A stretch of 36,462 nt of DNA from an uncultured Singulisphaera sp. (GTDB lineage Bacteria > Planctomycetota > UBA1135 > UBA2386). The stretch's first letter is position 1. Every line of letters begins with the position of its first letter. Positions 16,045 through 26,073 of the stretch are shown here, piece by piece. The notes under the pieces are model-generated. The model ran no database searches and was not told the origin of the DNA. It saw only the letters and a list, made by a program, of their open reading frames with translations. The stretch is taken from assembly GCA_964514315.1 (NCBI GenBank), contig CAZEQF010000003.1:2916-39377 (forward strand). The letters are read 5' to 3'. A program made the position numbers and the translations under genes.

Positions 16045-18309
16045 ATGCTCGCGCTGTCGTTCCTCAATCCGATGCTGCTCTGGGCCGTGCCGCTCGCGGC
16101 CGTGCCCATCGTCATCCATCTGCTCAACCGCCGCCGCTTCCGCGAAGTGCGTTGGGCCGCGATGGAGTACCTGCTCAAGGCGCTCGAACGGAACCGCAAG
16201 CGCTTGCGCATGGAGCAGTGGCTCGTGCTGCTGCTGCGCACGCTCGCAGTCATGCTGCTCGTGATGCTCGTGTCGCGTCCGCAACTCGGCGGCGGCATCA
16301 CGTCCACCGTGGCGCACCACGTCGTGCTGCTCGACGACACGGCGTCGATGCGTCAGCGCAGCGGCAGCGTGTCGCTGTTCGACAAGGCGCAGGACCAGGT
16401 TCGCACGCTGGCGCAGAAGCTCGCGGCTTTGCGCGGCGGCGACCTCGTCTCGATCGTCCGAGCGAGCAAGGTGAACGAGCCCGACCTGTGGGCGCAGCGC
16501 ATCGGCGAAGGAACCGAGCGCCGCATCGGCCAGCTGCTCGCGGAGCAACGCTGTGGCGACGGCACTGCGGACCTCGGCGCAGCGCTCGCAGCTGTGCGCA
16601 CGCGCGCGATCGCGACCAAGGAGTCGAGCCGCACCGACTACTACGTCGTCAGCGACCTGCGGTCGTGTGACTGGCTGTCGGACGACGGCAAGCCGCGTTC
16701 GACCGTCGTGCAGTTCCTCGCGCAGACGGATGCGTCGGTGGAGCACGTGCACGCGATGGGCATCGGTTCGCGCGACGCGGACAACCTCGCGGTCACCGCG
16801 GTGCGCTGCGTCGATCGCATGGCGATCGCGGGCGTTCCCGTCGAGCTCGCGGTCGACGTGCAGAACTTCGGCCTCGACGCGACGCAGGCCGGCGAGCTCT
16901 CGGTCGAGATGGACGGCAAGAGCCGCGTCACGCGGCCGCTGCCGCCGCTCGCGCCCGGCGAACGCGCGTCGATCCCGGTTGCGCACACGTTCTTCAACGG
17001 TGGCGACCATCGCGTCGAAGCGTCGTTCGCGCCGGTGGACCACTACCTCGTCGACGACCGTCGCACGCTCGCGTTGCCGGTGCAGTCCGCATCGCGCGTG
17101 CTGCTCGTCGACGGCGAACCCGACGACGGCAGCGAAGACGGCGGCGAGACGATGTTCCTGCAAGCGGCGCTCGATCCAGGCGGCGACCAGCCTTCGGGCG
17201 TCGCGGTCGAGGTCGTCGCGGAGACCGCGCTCGGCGAAGTGGACTTCGCGCCGTTCGACATGGTGTGGCTGTGCAATGCGCCCGCGCCGTCGCCGTCGAT
17301 CGTGGACAAGCTGGAGAAGTTCGTCGCCGCAGGCGGCGGGCTCGCGATCTTCCTCGGCGCGCAGGTCGATGCTGCCCGCTACGTCGAAACGATGTGGAAG
17401 GGCGGCAAAGGCTTGCTGCCGCTGCCGATCGGGGACATCGCCGGCGATCCCGATCGTCGCGAGCACGTCGTGCTCACGGACAAGGACCATCCGGTGTGCG
17501 GCAAGATCGGCGACGTGCTGCAGTTGCTCGTCGACAGCACGGTGCTCGTGAAGCGTTACCTCACGATCCAGGAAGAACCGTCGAGCGGCGCTGCAGTCGT
17601 CGCGCGCATGCGCGATGCAGACGGGCCGCCGGCGATCGTCACGCGCACGTTCGGCAGCGGCGGCGGTGAAGTCGTGCTGTTCGCATTCGCGGCGGACAAG
17701 CGTTGGTCCAACTGGCCCGACACCGACGTCAACGTCGTGATGGCGCATCAAGTGCATCGCTTCGCAAGCAAGCCGCGCGAACTCGCGAGCAAGAACCTCG
17801 ATCCGGCCGGCGTCTTCCGCCTCGCGCTCGATCCAGGCAGCTACCAGAACGACGTGCGCATCCTGGCGTTCGCGGAAGACGGCGAAGAACGCACGCTGAC
17901 GGCGCGCATCCCGGAAGCCGTGGCGACGACCGACGGCGCGAACGGCGCGAACGGCGCGACGCCTGCGTTGCCCGCGGCCCCGCAGACGTTGGAGCTCGTC
18001 GTGCCCATGTCCGAGTTGCACTCGCTCGGCGGCTACGAGGCGAAGCTGATGCTGCACTCGGGCGCCGAGGAGAGCCGCGTGTTCGCGCGCAATGTCGACG
18101 TCGGCGAGAGCCGGCTCGTGCGCATGTTGCCGCAGGACTTCGCGCGCGTGTTCCCGCAGGAACTGCACACGCGAGTGACATTCCTCGACGAAGGCGGCGG
18201 CCTGCTGCGCGGCGAGGGCGAAGGCGAGATGTGGCGACTGCTCGGCGTGGGCATGTTGCTCGCGCTGTTGCTCGAGACCCTCTTGGCCTGGAGGTTCGGC
18301 CGCCGCTAG
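16045..18309 (+). CDS. BatA_N (aerotolerance-regulator N-terminal double-TM) domain protein with vWA-like domain and C-terminal TM
   Basis: MLALSFLNPMLLWAVPLAAVPIVIHLLNRRRFREVRWAAMEYL plus a second TM (WLVLLLRTLAVMLLVMLV) is the BatA_N signature. D-x-T-x-S (VVLLDDTASM, 16333-16347). C-terminal TM MWRLLGVGMLLALLLETLLAW. AAGG lies 6 nt before the ATG. GTG 16042 is an alternative start. Confidence 0.8.
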   Translation: MLALSFLNPMLLWAVPLAAVPIVIHLLNRRRFREVRWAAMEYLLKALERNRKRLRMEQWLVLLLRTLAVMLLVMLVSRPQLGGGITSTVAHHVVLLDDTASMRQRSGSVSLFDKAQDQVRTLAQKLAALRGGDLVSIVRASKVNEPDLWAQRIGEGTERRIGQLLAEQRCGDGTADLGAALAAVRTRAIATKESSRTDYYVVSDLRSCDWLSDDGKPRSTVVQFLAQTDASVEHVHAMGIGSRDADNLAVTAVRCVDRMAIAGVPVELAVDVQNFGLDATQAGELSVEMDGKSRVTRPLPPLAPGERASIPVAHTFFNGGDHRVEASFAPVDHYLVDDRRTLALPVQSASRVLLVDGEPDDGSEDGGETMFLQAALDPGGDQPSGVAVEVVAETALGEVDFAPFDMVWLCNAPAPSPSIVDKLEKFVAAGGGLAIFLGAQVDAARYVETMWKGGKGLLPLPIGDIAGDPDRREHVVLTDKDHPVCGKIGDVLQLLVDSTVLVKRYLTIQEEPSSGAAVVARMRDADGPPAIVTRTFGSGGGEVVLFAFAADKRWSNWPDTDVNVVMAHQVHRFASKPRELASKNLDPAGVFRLALDPGSYQNDVRILAFAEDGEERTLTARIPEAVATTDGANGANGATPALPAAPQTLELVVPMSELHSLGGYEAKLMLHSGAEESRVFARNVDVGESRLVRMLPQDFARVFPQELHTRVTFLDEGGGLLRGEGEGEMWRLLGVGMLLALLLETLLAWRFGRR

Positions 18310-18326
18310 GCGACCGGGAGACGACC

Positions 18327-20840
18327 ATGCAGGAATTGCTGCGCTGGATCGCAAGCCTCCAAGGCATCCAAGTGGACGACGCGGAGATGCAGTTCGAGTT
18401 CGCGAGCTTCCCTGGCGGCGGGCTCGGGTTGCTCGTGCTCGCGCTGCTTGCGTTGCTCGTCGTGTTCGTGGCCTTCGTGTATCGCCGTGACGGCAAGGCG
18501 CTGTCGCGCCGACAACGCATCGTGCTCGCTTCGCTGCGCGCGCTCGCGCTGCTGTGCGCGGCGTTGTTGTTGCTGGAGCCGAGCCTCGTCTCGGTGCAAC
18601 GCGACACGCGGCCCGGCGCGACGATCCTGCTCGTCGACACGAGCCAGTCGATGCAGCAAGTCGATCCGTTCCGCCGCGACACGGTGCAGCCGACGGCGGC
18701 AGCGTGGCGCAAGCTCGGCGATGGCAACCAGGTCGCGCCCGGGAGCATGTCGCGGCTCGACTTGCTCAAGGCGCTGCTGCGCGAAGGCGACGGCGCGCTC
18801 GCGAAGAAGCTCGCGCTGCGCAACGAAGCGCGCATCTACGGGTTCTCGTCCGGCCTCACGCCGTTGCCGCTCGTGGTCGATCCCGACGCCGCCGCGAAGA
18901 AGGGCACGCAAGACGACGCGCGCAAACGCGACGCGTCGTCCCCGGCGCGCATCGACGTCGACAAGATCGTCGCCGACGGCCGCTACTCGGACCTCGGCGG
19001 CGCGTTGCGTTCTGCGCTCGACAAGAGCCGCAACAGCGAGATCGCCGCGGTCGTCGTGCTCGGCGACGGTCGTCGCAACGCGGGCCCGCAAGGCGCGGAG
19101 ATCGCGCGCATGCTCAACCAACGCAAGGTGCCGCACACGTTCGTGCTCGGCATCGGCGATCCGTCGGCGACGCAGACGGTCGGCATCGGCCGCTTCGAAG
19201 CGCCGGAGAAGGTCTTCCAGAAGGACCCGTTCGAGATGCGCGCGACGGTCGCGTCGCAGGGCTACGACCCGATCTCGGTGACGGTTCGCCTCGTGCGCTC
19301 CGGTGCGCAAGGCGCGGAGACCGTGGTCGCGACGCAGCAGGTCGAGGTCGGCGGCGACCGCAGCGAAGCGCTCGTCGAGTGGAAGGGCCTCACGTCGCAG
19401 GAGACGGGACGGTTCGTCTATCGCGCCGAGGTCGCGCCGCCGAGCGGTGAGCCGCCGGCTGCCGAACGCCACCAGAAGAGCCTGCCCGTCGAGGTGCTCG
19501 GCGAACGCACGCGCGTGCTGCTGCTGTCCGGCGGCGCGAACCACGAGTTCCAGATCCTTCGCAACCTGTTGCTGCGCGACAAGACGATCGACGTGAGCTG
19601 CTGGCTGCAGAGCGCGGACCCCGCGTTCCCGCAGGACGGCGACGAAGGCTCGCGCATCGAGACGTTGCCGATCGACGAGAAGCAGCTCGATCCGTTCGAC
19701 GTGGTGATCGCGATCGACCCCGACGCGAGCAAGCTCACGCCACAGTTCTGCGAGTTGCTGAAGAAGCACGTGCTGGAGAACGGCTGCGGCCTGTGGTGGG
19801 TCGCGGGCGAGAAGTTCTCGATCGACGCGCTGAAGGACGGCGCCGTGACGAAGCCGATCGCGGACTTGCTGCCGGTCGTGCCCGACCTCGCGTTCGCGGA
19901 GAGCGTCGCCAACCTCGGCCTCGGCCTCGCGCATCCGCGCACCTATCCCTACGCGCTGTTGCCCGAAGGCGAGGACGGCGTCGCAAGCAAGGTGACGCGC
20001 ATCGCCGACAACCGCGACGAGAGCAAGTTGCTGTGGTCGCGTTTGCCCGGCTTCCACCTCGCGTTCCCCGTGCAGAAGTTGAAGCCCGCCGCGACGGCGC
20101 TCGTCGCGCATCCCAACGCGGACGCGCGGTTGAAGCGCGACGGCGCTGGCATGCCGGTCGTCGCGACGCAACTCGTCGGCGCAGGCCGTGTGGTCTGGAG
20201 CGGCGTGGACGAGACGTATCGCTGGCGCTCGATCTACGAGGACGCCTACGACCGGTTCTGGGTGAAGGGCATTCGCTATCTCTTCGAAGGCCGCGTGCAC
20301 GCAGGCAACAGCCGCATGCAGCTGCGCATCAGCGACGAGAAGGTCGAACTCGGCGACGCGCTGTTGATCACCGCTGCGGCCAAGGACGAGCAGATGCAGC
20401 CCGTGGTCGCGCCGTCGCTCGAAGTCGCGCTCGAACGTGATGGACAGGCGCAGGAGCCGTTGCGGCTCGTGCCCGTCGAAGAGCAACCCGGCTCGTTCCA
20501 GTTCGAGTTGCGGCCGACGCAGCTCGGCGTCTACCGCGTGCGGGCGACGACGCCCGGCGGCAAGGCCGTGGAGCTGCCGTTCCAGGTCGTGCCTGCGCAG
20601 ATCGAGACCGAAGGTCCCGTCGACCGCGCGGAGCTCTCGGCCATCGCGGCCTGCAATGGCGGTCGTCTCTTCGACTCGCCGCAGGACCTGCTCGCCGCGC
20701 TCGACGAGATCCCGTCGCGCAACGCGACGGACACGTTCCGCACGCCGCATCCGGTGTGGGACGGCTGGGCGACCGTCGCCGTGCTGCTGACCGCGCTCGC
20801 CGCGGAGTGGATCCTTCGCAAGAGGTTCAACCTGCTATGA
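18327..20840 (+). CDS. membrane-anchored vWA (MIDAS) protein with large ectodomain and C-terminal TM
   Basis: 3' 837 aa of track ORF 17703-20840. ATG 18327 has GGGAG 6 nt upstream. Two N-terminal TMs. MIDAS ILLVDTSQSM (DxSxS, 18636-18650). A central region (RVLLLSGGANHEFQILRNLL...FDVVIAIDPD) resembles the GATase1-like domain seen in BatB-type proteins (tentative). C-terminal TM WATVAVLLTALAAEWIL. Confidence 0.8.
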   Translation: MQELLRWIASLQGIQVDDAEMQFEFASFPGGGLGLLVLALLALLVVFVAFVYRRDGKALSRRQRIVLASLRALALLCAALLLLEPSLVSVQRDTRPGATILLVDTSQSMQQVDPFRRDTVQPTAAAWRKLGDGNQVAPGSMSRLDLLKALLREGDGALAKKLALRNEARIYGFSSGLTPLPLVVDPDAAAKKGTQDDARKRDASSPARIDVDKIVADGRYSDLGGALRSALDKSRNSEIAAVVVLGDGRRNAGPQGAEIARMLNQRKVPHTFVLGIGDPSATQTVGIGRFEAPEKVFQKDPFEMRATVASQGYDPISVTVRLVRSGAQGAETVVATQQVEVGGDRSEALVEWKGLTSQETGRFVYRAEVAPPSGEPPAAERHQKSLPVEVLGERTRVLLLSGGANHEFQILRNLLLRDKTIDVSCWLQSADPAFPQDGDEGSRIETLPIDEKQLDPFDVVIAIDPDASKLTPQFCELLKKHVLENGCGLWWVAGEKFSIDALKDGAVTKPIADLLPVVPDLAFAESVANLGLGLAHPRTYPYALLPEGEDGVASKVTRIADNRDESKLLWSRLPGFHLAFPVQKLKPAATALVAHPNADARLKRDGAGMPVVATQLVGAGRVVWSGVDETYRWRSIYEDAYDRFWVKGIRYLFEGRVHAGNSRMQLRISDEKVELGDALLITAAAKDEQMQPVVAPSLEVALERDGQAQEPLRLVPVEEQPGSFQFELRPTQLGVYRVRATTPGGKAVELPFQVVPAQIETEGPVDRAELSAIAACNGGRLFDSPQDLLAALDEIPSRNATDTFRTPHPVWDGWATVAVLLTALAAEWILRKRFNLL

Positions 20841-23122
20841 GCGCCGCGACTCCTCCTGTGCACGACTCGCGCGAGACCGGCGTGGAACGCGTGGCGCACT
20901 CGGCGTTGCGTGCAGCGGCGCCGCAGTTCTTCGCGATGCGGGCCAAGATCCGCGTCGCGACGTGGACCGAGGCGGCCGCCTACACGGCGTTCTCGCTCCT
21001 CGGATTCGCGGCGCTGACGTTCGTCGCGGACCGGTCGCTGCGGCTAGAGACGGCCGCTCGCGCCGTCATGCTCTGCGTGTTCGTCGTGTTCGTGGTCCGG
21101 CTGTTGTGGCGGCGATGCTGGGTCCCGTTGCGCGCGAGCTTGTCGGACGACGAACTCGCGCTCGCCGTCGAACGGCACGCGCCGTCGTTGCGGCAGTCGC
21201 TGATCAGCTCGCTGCAGTTCGAACGCGGCCTCGAGACGCGAACGCGCGGCGGCGAGTCGCAGGCGATGATGCGCGAGGTCATCGAGTCCGCGTCCGCATC
21301 GATGTCGTCCGTGCCGTTCGCGCTCGCGCTCGACGGCAAGCGCATGGGTCGCTTCTCGTCCGGGCTCGTCGGCGTGGCGGTGTTGTTCGCGACTTGGGCC
21401 TTTGCGTCCGGCGAGACGCTGCGCCTCTGGGCCGCGCGCAACCTGCTGCTGTCGAGCGAAGCATGGCCGCGCTACACGCAGCTCGCGTTCGTCGGCGCGG
21501 ACGCTGGCGTGCTGCGGCTGCCGCAAGGCGACCCGCTCACGGTCACCGTGCGCGCGACCGGCGAGCTGCCCGAGCAAGTGTTCTTGCGCAGCGAGTTCGA
21601 GCGCGGCGACAGCGGCCACGAGCCGATGAGCCGCACCGGCGACGCCGAGTTCACGCTGACGATGGAGACGATCCTCGAGAACGCGACGCTCGTCGCCGAG
21701 GGTGGCGACGGCGTGTCTGTGCCGCTTCGCATCGAGATCGTCGAACGTCCGCGTCTCGACGGCATCGCGTTGCAGGTCGTGTTCCCGGCCTACATGCAGA
21801 AGGAGCCGGAGGACGTGCCGCCGACCGAAGGCGAGTTGCGCATCGTCCGCGGCAGCGAGCTTCGCATCCGCGGCCGCAGCACGAAGCCGATCGCGAGCGC
21901 GTTCGCGCTGCTCGGCGACCAGAAGCGCGACCTCGCGTCGAAGGACGACGGCTCGTTCGAAGGTTCGATCGCACCCGACGCGTCGGCGTTGCTGACGATC
22001 GACGTGATCGACCGCGACCAGCTCGGCGCGGGTTCGCCGCACAAGCTGTCGGTGCGCCTCGTCGACGACAAGGCGCCGTCGGTCGAGTTCAAGCTGCGCG
22101 GCATCGGCCCGCTCGTGACGGCGCAGGTGCGCATCCCCGGCGAGCTCAAGGCCAAGGACGACTTCGGCATGACCAAGGTCGTGGCCGAGTTCCGCGCGGT
22201 CGACGACGCGCCGCAACAGAAGGCGCCGGGAGCAGACAACGCACCGCAAGGCGTCGAGGCGACGAAGCCCGCGACGGTCGCCGATGTGCCGTTCGTTGCG
22301 ATCGACGCAGCGCTGCGCGACGCGTTGCAGCCTGGTGCGGTGCGCTACGAGACGTCGGCGACGATCGACGTGTTGCGTCGCAACAAGAAGCCCGATGCGG
22401 AGACCGATCCGCAGAACGAAGTGCGCCCCGGCATGCTGCTGTCGCTGCGCTTTTCCGCTACCGACAACTTCGGTCCTGGGGCGCCGCACGTCACCAACGG
22501 CGAGGCGTTCACGTTCCGCGTCGTCACGCGCGACAAGCTCGTCGACGAACTGCGTCGCCGGCAGGTCGAGCAACGCATGGAAGTGCAGAAGATCCGCGAC
22601 GACGAGGCGCAGGCGCAGCTTGTCCTGCGCGAGACGCTGAGCCCGAAGTCCGACGATCCGCGCGCGAAGGAGGCGCGGCTGCAGTTCAAGCAACTCGCCG
22701 CGCGCCAGCAGTCGCTCGGCCGCCGCGTCGCGCTCGCCTCGGACCTCTACCAGCGCATCCTCTGGGAATACGAGAACAACCGGATCTGGGAGCCGACGAA
22801 GGTCCGCGAATACGAGGCGCTGACCGCCGTGCCGCTGCTCGACCTCGGCAAGACGTCGTTCCCCGCGACCGCGCGCGACGTGGCCGCGTTCGCCGACACC
22901 GGCGACGAGGAACTGCGCACCGCGGCGCTCGAGAGCTACGACGAGATCCTGCGCCGGCTCGACTCGATCCTGCGCATCATGGAACAGGTCGAGACGTTGG
23001 CGGCGTTGATCGAGCAGCTGCGCGGCGTGATCAAGGTCGAGGACTCCGCGATCCGCGATGTCGAGACCAGGCTGAAGGCAGCCGGCGAAAGCCTGTTCCA
23101 GAAGCCGGGCAACAAGAAGTGA
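20837..23122 (+). CDS. large membrane protein, unknown function (possibly DUF4175-like)
   Basis: ATG 20837 overlaps the upstream stop (ATGA). Hydrophobic segments AAYTAFSLLGFAALTFV, AVMLCVFVVFVVRLLW and LVGVAVLFATWAFA. The segment LALAVERHAPSLRQSLISSLQF follows the TMs. Long beta-rich middle and helical C-terminus. The family call is from memory of the pattern only. Confidence 0.7.
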   Translation: MSAATPPVHDSRETGVERVAHSALRAAAPQFFAMRAKIRVATWTEAAAYTAFSLLGFAALTFVADRSLRLETAARAVMLCVFVVFVVRLLWRRCWVPLRASLSDDELALAVERHAPSLRQSLISSLQFERGLETRTRGGESQAMMREVIESASASMSSVPFALALDGKRMGRFSSGLVGVAVLFATWAFASGETLRLWAARNLLLSSEAWPRYTQLAFVGADAGVLRLPQGDPLTVTVRATGELPEQVFLRSEFERGDSGHEPMSRTGDAEFTLTMETILENATLVAEGGDGVSVPLRIEIVERPRLDGIALQVVFPAYMQKEPEDVPPTEGELRIVRGSELRIRGRSTKPIASAFALLGDQKRDLASKDDGSFEGSIAPDASALLTIDVIDRDQLGAGSPHKLSVRLVDDKAPSVEFKLRGIGPLVTAQVRIPGELKAKDDFGMTKVVAEFRAVDDAPQQKAPGADNAPQGVEATKPATVADVPFVAIDAALRDALQPGAVRYETSATIDVLRRNKKPDAETDPQNEVRPGMLLSLRFSATDNFGPGAPHVTNGEAFTFRVVTRDKLVDELRRRQVEQRMEVQKIRDDEAQAQLVLRETLSPKSDDPRAKEARLQFKQLAARQQSLGRRVALASDLYQRILWEYENNRIWEPTKVREYEALTAVPLLDLGKTSFPATARDVAAFADTGDEELRTAALESYDEILRRLDSILRIMEQVETLAALIEQLRGVIKVEDSAIRDVETRLKAAGESLFQKPGNKK

Positions 23123-23132
23123 GGACCGAGCG

Positions 23133-25037
23133 ATGACACGTTTCCTTGCAGTCGCGTTGGCCACGGCGCTCGCCGCGGTCCTTCCGCACGCAGCGCTGCT
23201 CGCGCAGGACCCACCGTCCGCGCAGCAGCAACAGCAGAACGCGGAGGCTCGGTTCCGCGAGCTGACGGAGAGCATGCAGCGGCTGCACGCCTACCTCGCG
23301 AAGGTCGGCAACCAGGACGACATCAAGGTCCTGCGCGCGGGCATGACGTTCGTGCAGGAGAAGAAGATCGACGACGCGATGGCGCAGATCCGCGCGCTGC
23401 TCGACCAGCAGAAGTGGGACCTCGCTCTCGAGCGCATGCAAGTCGTGCGCAAAGACCTCGTGCAGCTCATGGAGGTCCTGCAGAACCGCAACCTCGACCT
23501 GCAGCAACTGCTCGCGAAGCTGGAGCAGCTGAAGGGCTTCCGCAGCGACGTCGACAAGCTCGTGCAGGAGCAAGCGGCGGAGAAGGAGGCTTCGGCCCGC
23601 ACGCAGGAACTGCAGGAGCAACTCGACGCGATCCAGAAGGCCAAGGCGGCGACGGATGCGCTGTTGCAGGCACAGCAGTCGTTGCGCAAGGCGACCAACG
23701 ATCTCGGCATCCAGGCTTCGCCGGATGCGACCAAGCCGCTCGCGGAGCAGGAAGCGGAGCTGAAGGCGCGCGCCGAGGAACTCGGCAAGCAACTCGATCC
23801 GATCGAGAAGAAGGCGGCGGAGTTGGCCAAGCCCGCGGACGCGAAGAAGGACGCTGGCGGCAAGCAATCGCCGCCGTCGGAGCCGAAGGACGCGCAGCCC
23901 GGCCAGCCCAAGGCAGGCGCCGCCGCCAAGGCCGCCGCCGGTTCGATGCAACAGGCCTCGTCACAGTTGCAGGAGAACAAGCCCGAGCCGTCGTTGCAGG
24001 ACCAGGACCGCGCGATCGAGTCGTTGCAGCGCGCGCAGAAGGAACTCGAGCGCATGGCCGACGAGGCGAAGCGCGAACTCGAGAAGCTGCCGTTCGACGA
24101 ACAGGCCAAGAAGCAGGAGGACACGAAGAGCGCCACGGACACGCTCGCCAGCAAGATGGAGAAGGCCGAGCAGGAAGGCGAACAGTCCGACGGCGAGCCG
24201 ACTCCGGGCCGCAAGTCCGTGCAGCAGGCCGTGCCCAAGCAGAAGGCCGCCGCGGGCCAGCTCAAGGAGTACAAGCCCGCGAAGCAGAAGCAGCAGGACG
24301 CGAAGGAAGACCTCGAGAACGCGCGAGAGGAACTCGACGAGGCGATCAACCAACTCCGTCAGCAGTTGCAGGACGAAGTGCTGCGAGCGCTGGAGGAGCG
24401 CTTCACCGCGATGCTCGCCAAGCAACGCGAGCTGTCGGCGCAGACCAAGACGCTCGACAAGACGCGGCAGAAGACGTTGACCGCCGACGGAAGCCTGCCC
24501 GCATCGCTCAAGGAACGCATCCAGAGCGTCGCCGGCGGCGAGCAGGACCTCGAAGTCGAGGCCAGTGACGCGCTCAAGCTGATCGAGGAAGAGGGCACGA
24601 CGGCGGTGTTCCCCGAGATCGTCGCGGAGCTGAAGTCGCAACTCGCGCGCGTCGCGAAGGACTGCCGCGCGAACGAGACCGGCGCGCCGTTGCAGCAACG
24701 CCAGCGCGAGGTCGAGGACACGCTGACGCTGCTCGTCAACGCGTTGCGCAAGACGATCGAGACGCGCGAAGGCGGCCAGCAAGGCGATCCGTCGTCGGGC
24801 AGCGAGCCGCCGCTCGTCGGCGTCGCGGCCGAACTCAAGATGATCAAGTTCCTGCAAGAGCGCGTGAACACCGGCACGAAGGACTACGAGAAGTCCTTCC
24901 CCGAGGCGCAGCGCGGCACGGACGACGCGAAGTCGCAGTCCGACGAGTTGTCGGGCAAGCAAGCGCGCGTGCGCGACCTGACGCGCAAGCTCGCGACCAA
25001 GCTCGGCAAGGAAAACGACGCGCAGGAGGACAAGTGA
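23133..25037 (+). CDS. secreted Q/E/K-rich coiled-coil protein (634 aa)
   Basis: GAGGA lies 7 nt upstream of the ATG. Signal peptide MTRFLAVALATALAAVLPHAALLAQD. Long heptad-like low-complexity stretches (LQQLLAKLEQLKGF..., QELQEQLDAIQKAKAATDALLQAQQSL). Coding is supported by its position and coupling within the operon. Confidence 0.75.
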   Translation: MTRFLAVALATALAAVLPHAALLAQDPPSAQQQQQNAEARFRELTESMQRLHAYLAKVGNQDDIKVLRAGMTFVQEKKIDDAMAQIRALLDQQKWDLALERMQVVRKDLVQLMEVLQNRNLDLQQLLAKLEQLKGFRSDVDKLVQEQAAEKEASARTQELQEQLDAIQKAKAATDALLQAQQSLRKATNDLGIQASPDATKPLAEQEAELKARAEELGKQLDPIEKKAAELAKPADAKKDAGGKQSPPSEPKDAQPGQPKAGAAAKAAAGSMQQASSQLQENKPEPSLQDQDRAIESLQRAQKELERMADEAKRELEKLPFDEQAKKQEDTKSATDTLASKMEKAEQEGEQSDGEPTPGRKSVQQAVPKQKAAAGQLKEYKPAKQKQQDAKEDLENAREELDEAINQLRQQLQDEVLRALEERFTAMLAKQRELSAQTKTLDKTRQKTLTADGSLPASLKERIQSVAGGEQDLEVEASDALKLIEEEGTTAVFPEIVAELKSQLARVAKDCRANETGAPLQQRQREVEDTLTLLVNALRKTIETREGGQQGDPSSGSEPPLVGVAAELKMIKFLQERVNTGTKDYEKSFPEAQRGTDDAKSQSDELSGKQARVRDLTRKLATKLGKENDAQEDK

Positions 25038-25039
25038 CC

Positions 25040-26068
25040 ATGGCGCGCATGCACCAGATGTTCGCGGCGACCGCAGCCGCTTGGGTCCTGGCTCTCGCGT
25101 CGTCGCTGTGCGCGCAGGTTGAGCAAGACCCGCCCGCAGTCGTGCAGAGCCCGTTCACGCCGTTCGACCGCGTGGCCTACGAGGCGCGCGCGAAGAAGCT
25201 CGGCGCCACGGATGCGCAACTGCAGGCCTTCGCCCAAGACCTCGGCGAACTCGGCCCCGCGCGCGCCGGCGACAAGTTGATGCGCGCGCTGCGCCCTGCG
25301 TTCGACGCAGCGGCCAAGCTCAGCGAAGACGGCGCTCCGAAGGCGGCGCTCGCGCTCGCGCAGTTCGCGGCCGCGGAGACCGACGCTGCGCTCGGCGCGC
25401 ATGCGCGCTACCACCTCGCGCGCGTCTTCCTCGACGGCGACGACCCGGAGCGCGCGGTCGAGATCCTCAACGACTACCTCAAGGCCAACATCAACTGCTC
25501 GCCGCTCGACGGCGAGGCGGCGTTCTTCTACGCGCAGGCGTTGGCCGAGATCCCGATGCCCGACCTCGCGTTGCCGCGGCTGCGCGCGTTCTTGGAGTGG
25601 TTTCCGGATGCGAGCGAACGGTTCCGCGCGACGGCACAGCAGCGCATCGGCGAGCTGGAGACGCAGAAGGAGAGTCGACTGCACAACCTCGCGGACCGCA
25701 TGAAGAAGGTCTCGCGCGACCTGAAGAAGCAGAAGACGAACGACCCGATCCAGGTCGAGCAGAAGGAGATGACCGAGGAGCTGCAGGAGCTCATCGAGAT
25801 GTACGAGGAGCAGGAGCAGCAGTCGTCGGGACCGCCGAACGGCAACGGCCCTTCGAACACGCCCGCGAACCAGAGCTCGCTCACCGAGGGCGAAGGCCGC
25901 ATCGGCAACCTGGAGAAGCGCGTGAGCCTCAACGACCGCTGGGGCGACATGAAGGACAAGGACCGCAAGGAGATCGAGTCCGCGGTCCAGAACAACCTGC
26001 CTCCGCAGTACCGCAAGCTGCTCGAGGAGTACTACAAGAAGCTCGGCACGGGCGGCGACAAGAAGTGA
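25040..26068 (+). CDS. secreted TPR-like protein with acidic linker and conserved-looking C-terminal PPQYRKLLEEYYKKL tail
   Basis: AGGAGGA ends 9 nt before ATG 25040. The track start GTG 25034 would be only 3 nt from the SD. Signal peptide MARMHQMFAATAAAWVLALASSLCAQ. Helical repeats (ARYHLARVFLDGDDPERAVEILNDYL). Confidence 0.7.
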   Translation: MARMHQMFAATAAAWVLALASSLCAQVEQDPPAVVQSPFTPFDRVAYEARAKKLGATDAQLQAFAQDLGELGPARAGDKLMRALRPAFDAAAKLSEDGAPKAALALAQFAAAETDAALGAHARYHLARVFLDGDDPERAVEILNDYLKANINCSPLDGEAAFFYAQALAEIPMPDLALPRLRAFLEWFPDASERFRATAQQRIGELETQKESRLHNLADRMKKVSRDLKKQKTNDPIQVEQKEMTEELQELIEMYEEQEQQSSGPPNGNGPSNTPANQSSLTEGEGRIGNLEKRVSLNDRWGDMKDKDRKEIESAVQNNLPPQYRKLLEEYYKKLGTGGDKK

Positions 26069-26073
26069 ACGCC

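Noticed and set aside
13012-23275. Minus-strand ORFs 13012-15045, 14934-16340, 15694-18354, 18306-20750 and 21044-23275, and plus-strand out-of-frame ORFs such as 12228-14498, 14795-16045 and 20962-23136
   Set aside because: Same reason. Compositions are Arg/Ala/Asp/His-rich with no domain patterns, and all overlap the well-supported plus-strand operon genes.
25034-25039. GTG 25034 (track start, a GTGA overlap) as the start of the TPR-like gene
   Set aside because: The AGGAGGA box ends at 25030, only 3 nt from that GTG but 9 nt from ATG 25040. The ATG is therefore preferred, although the GTG cannot be excluded.
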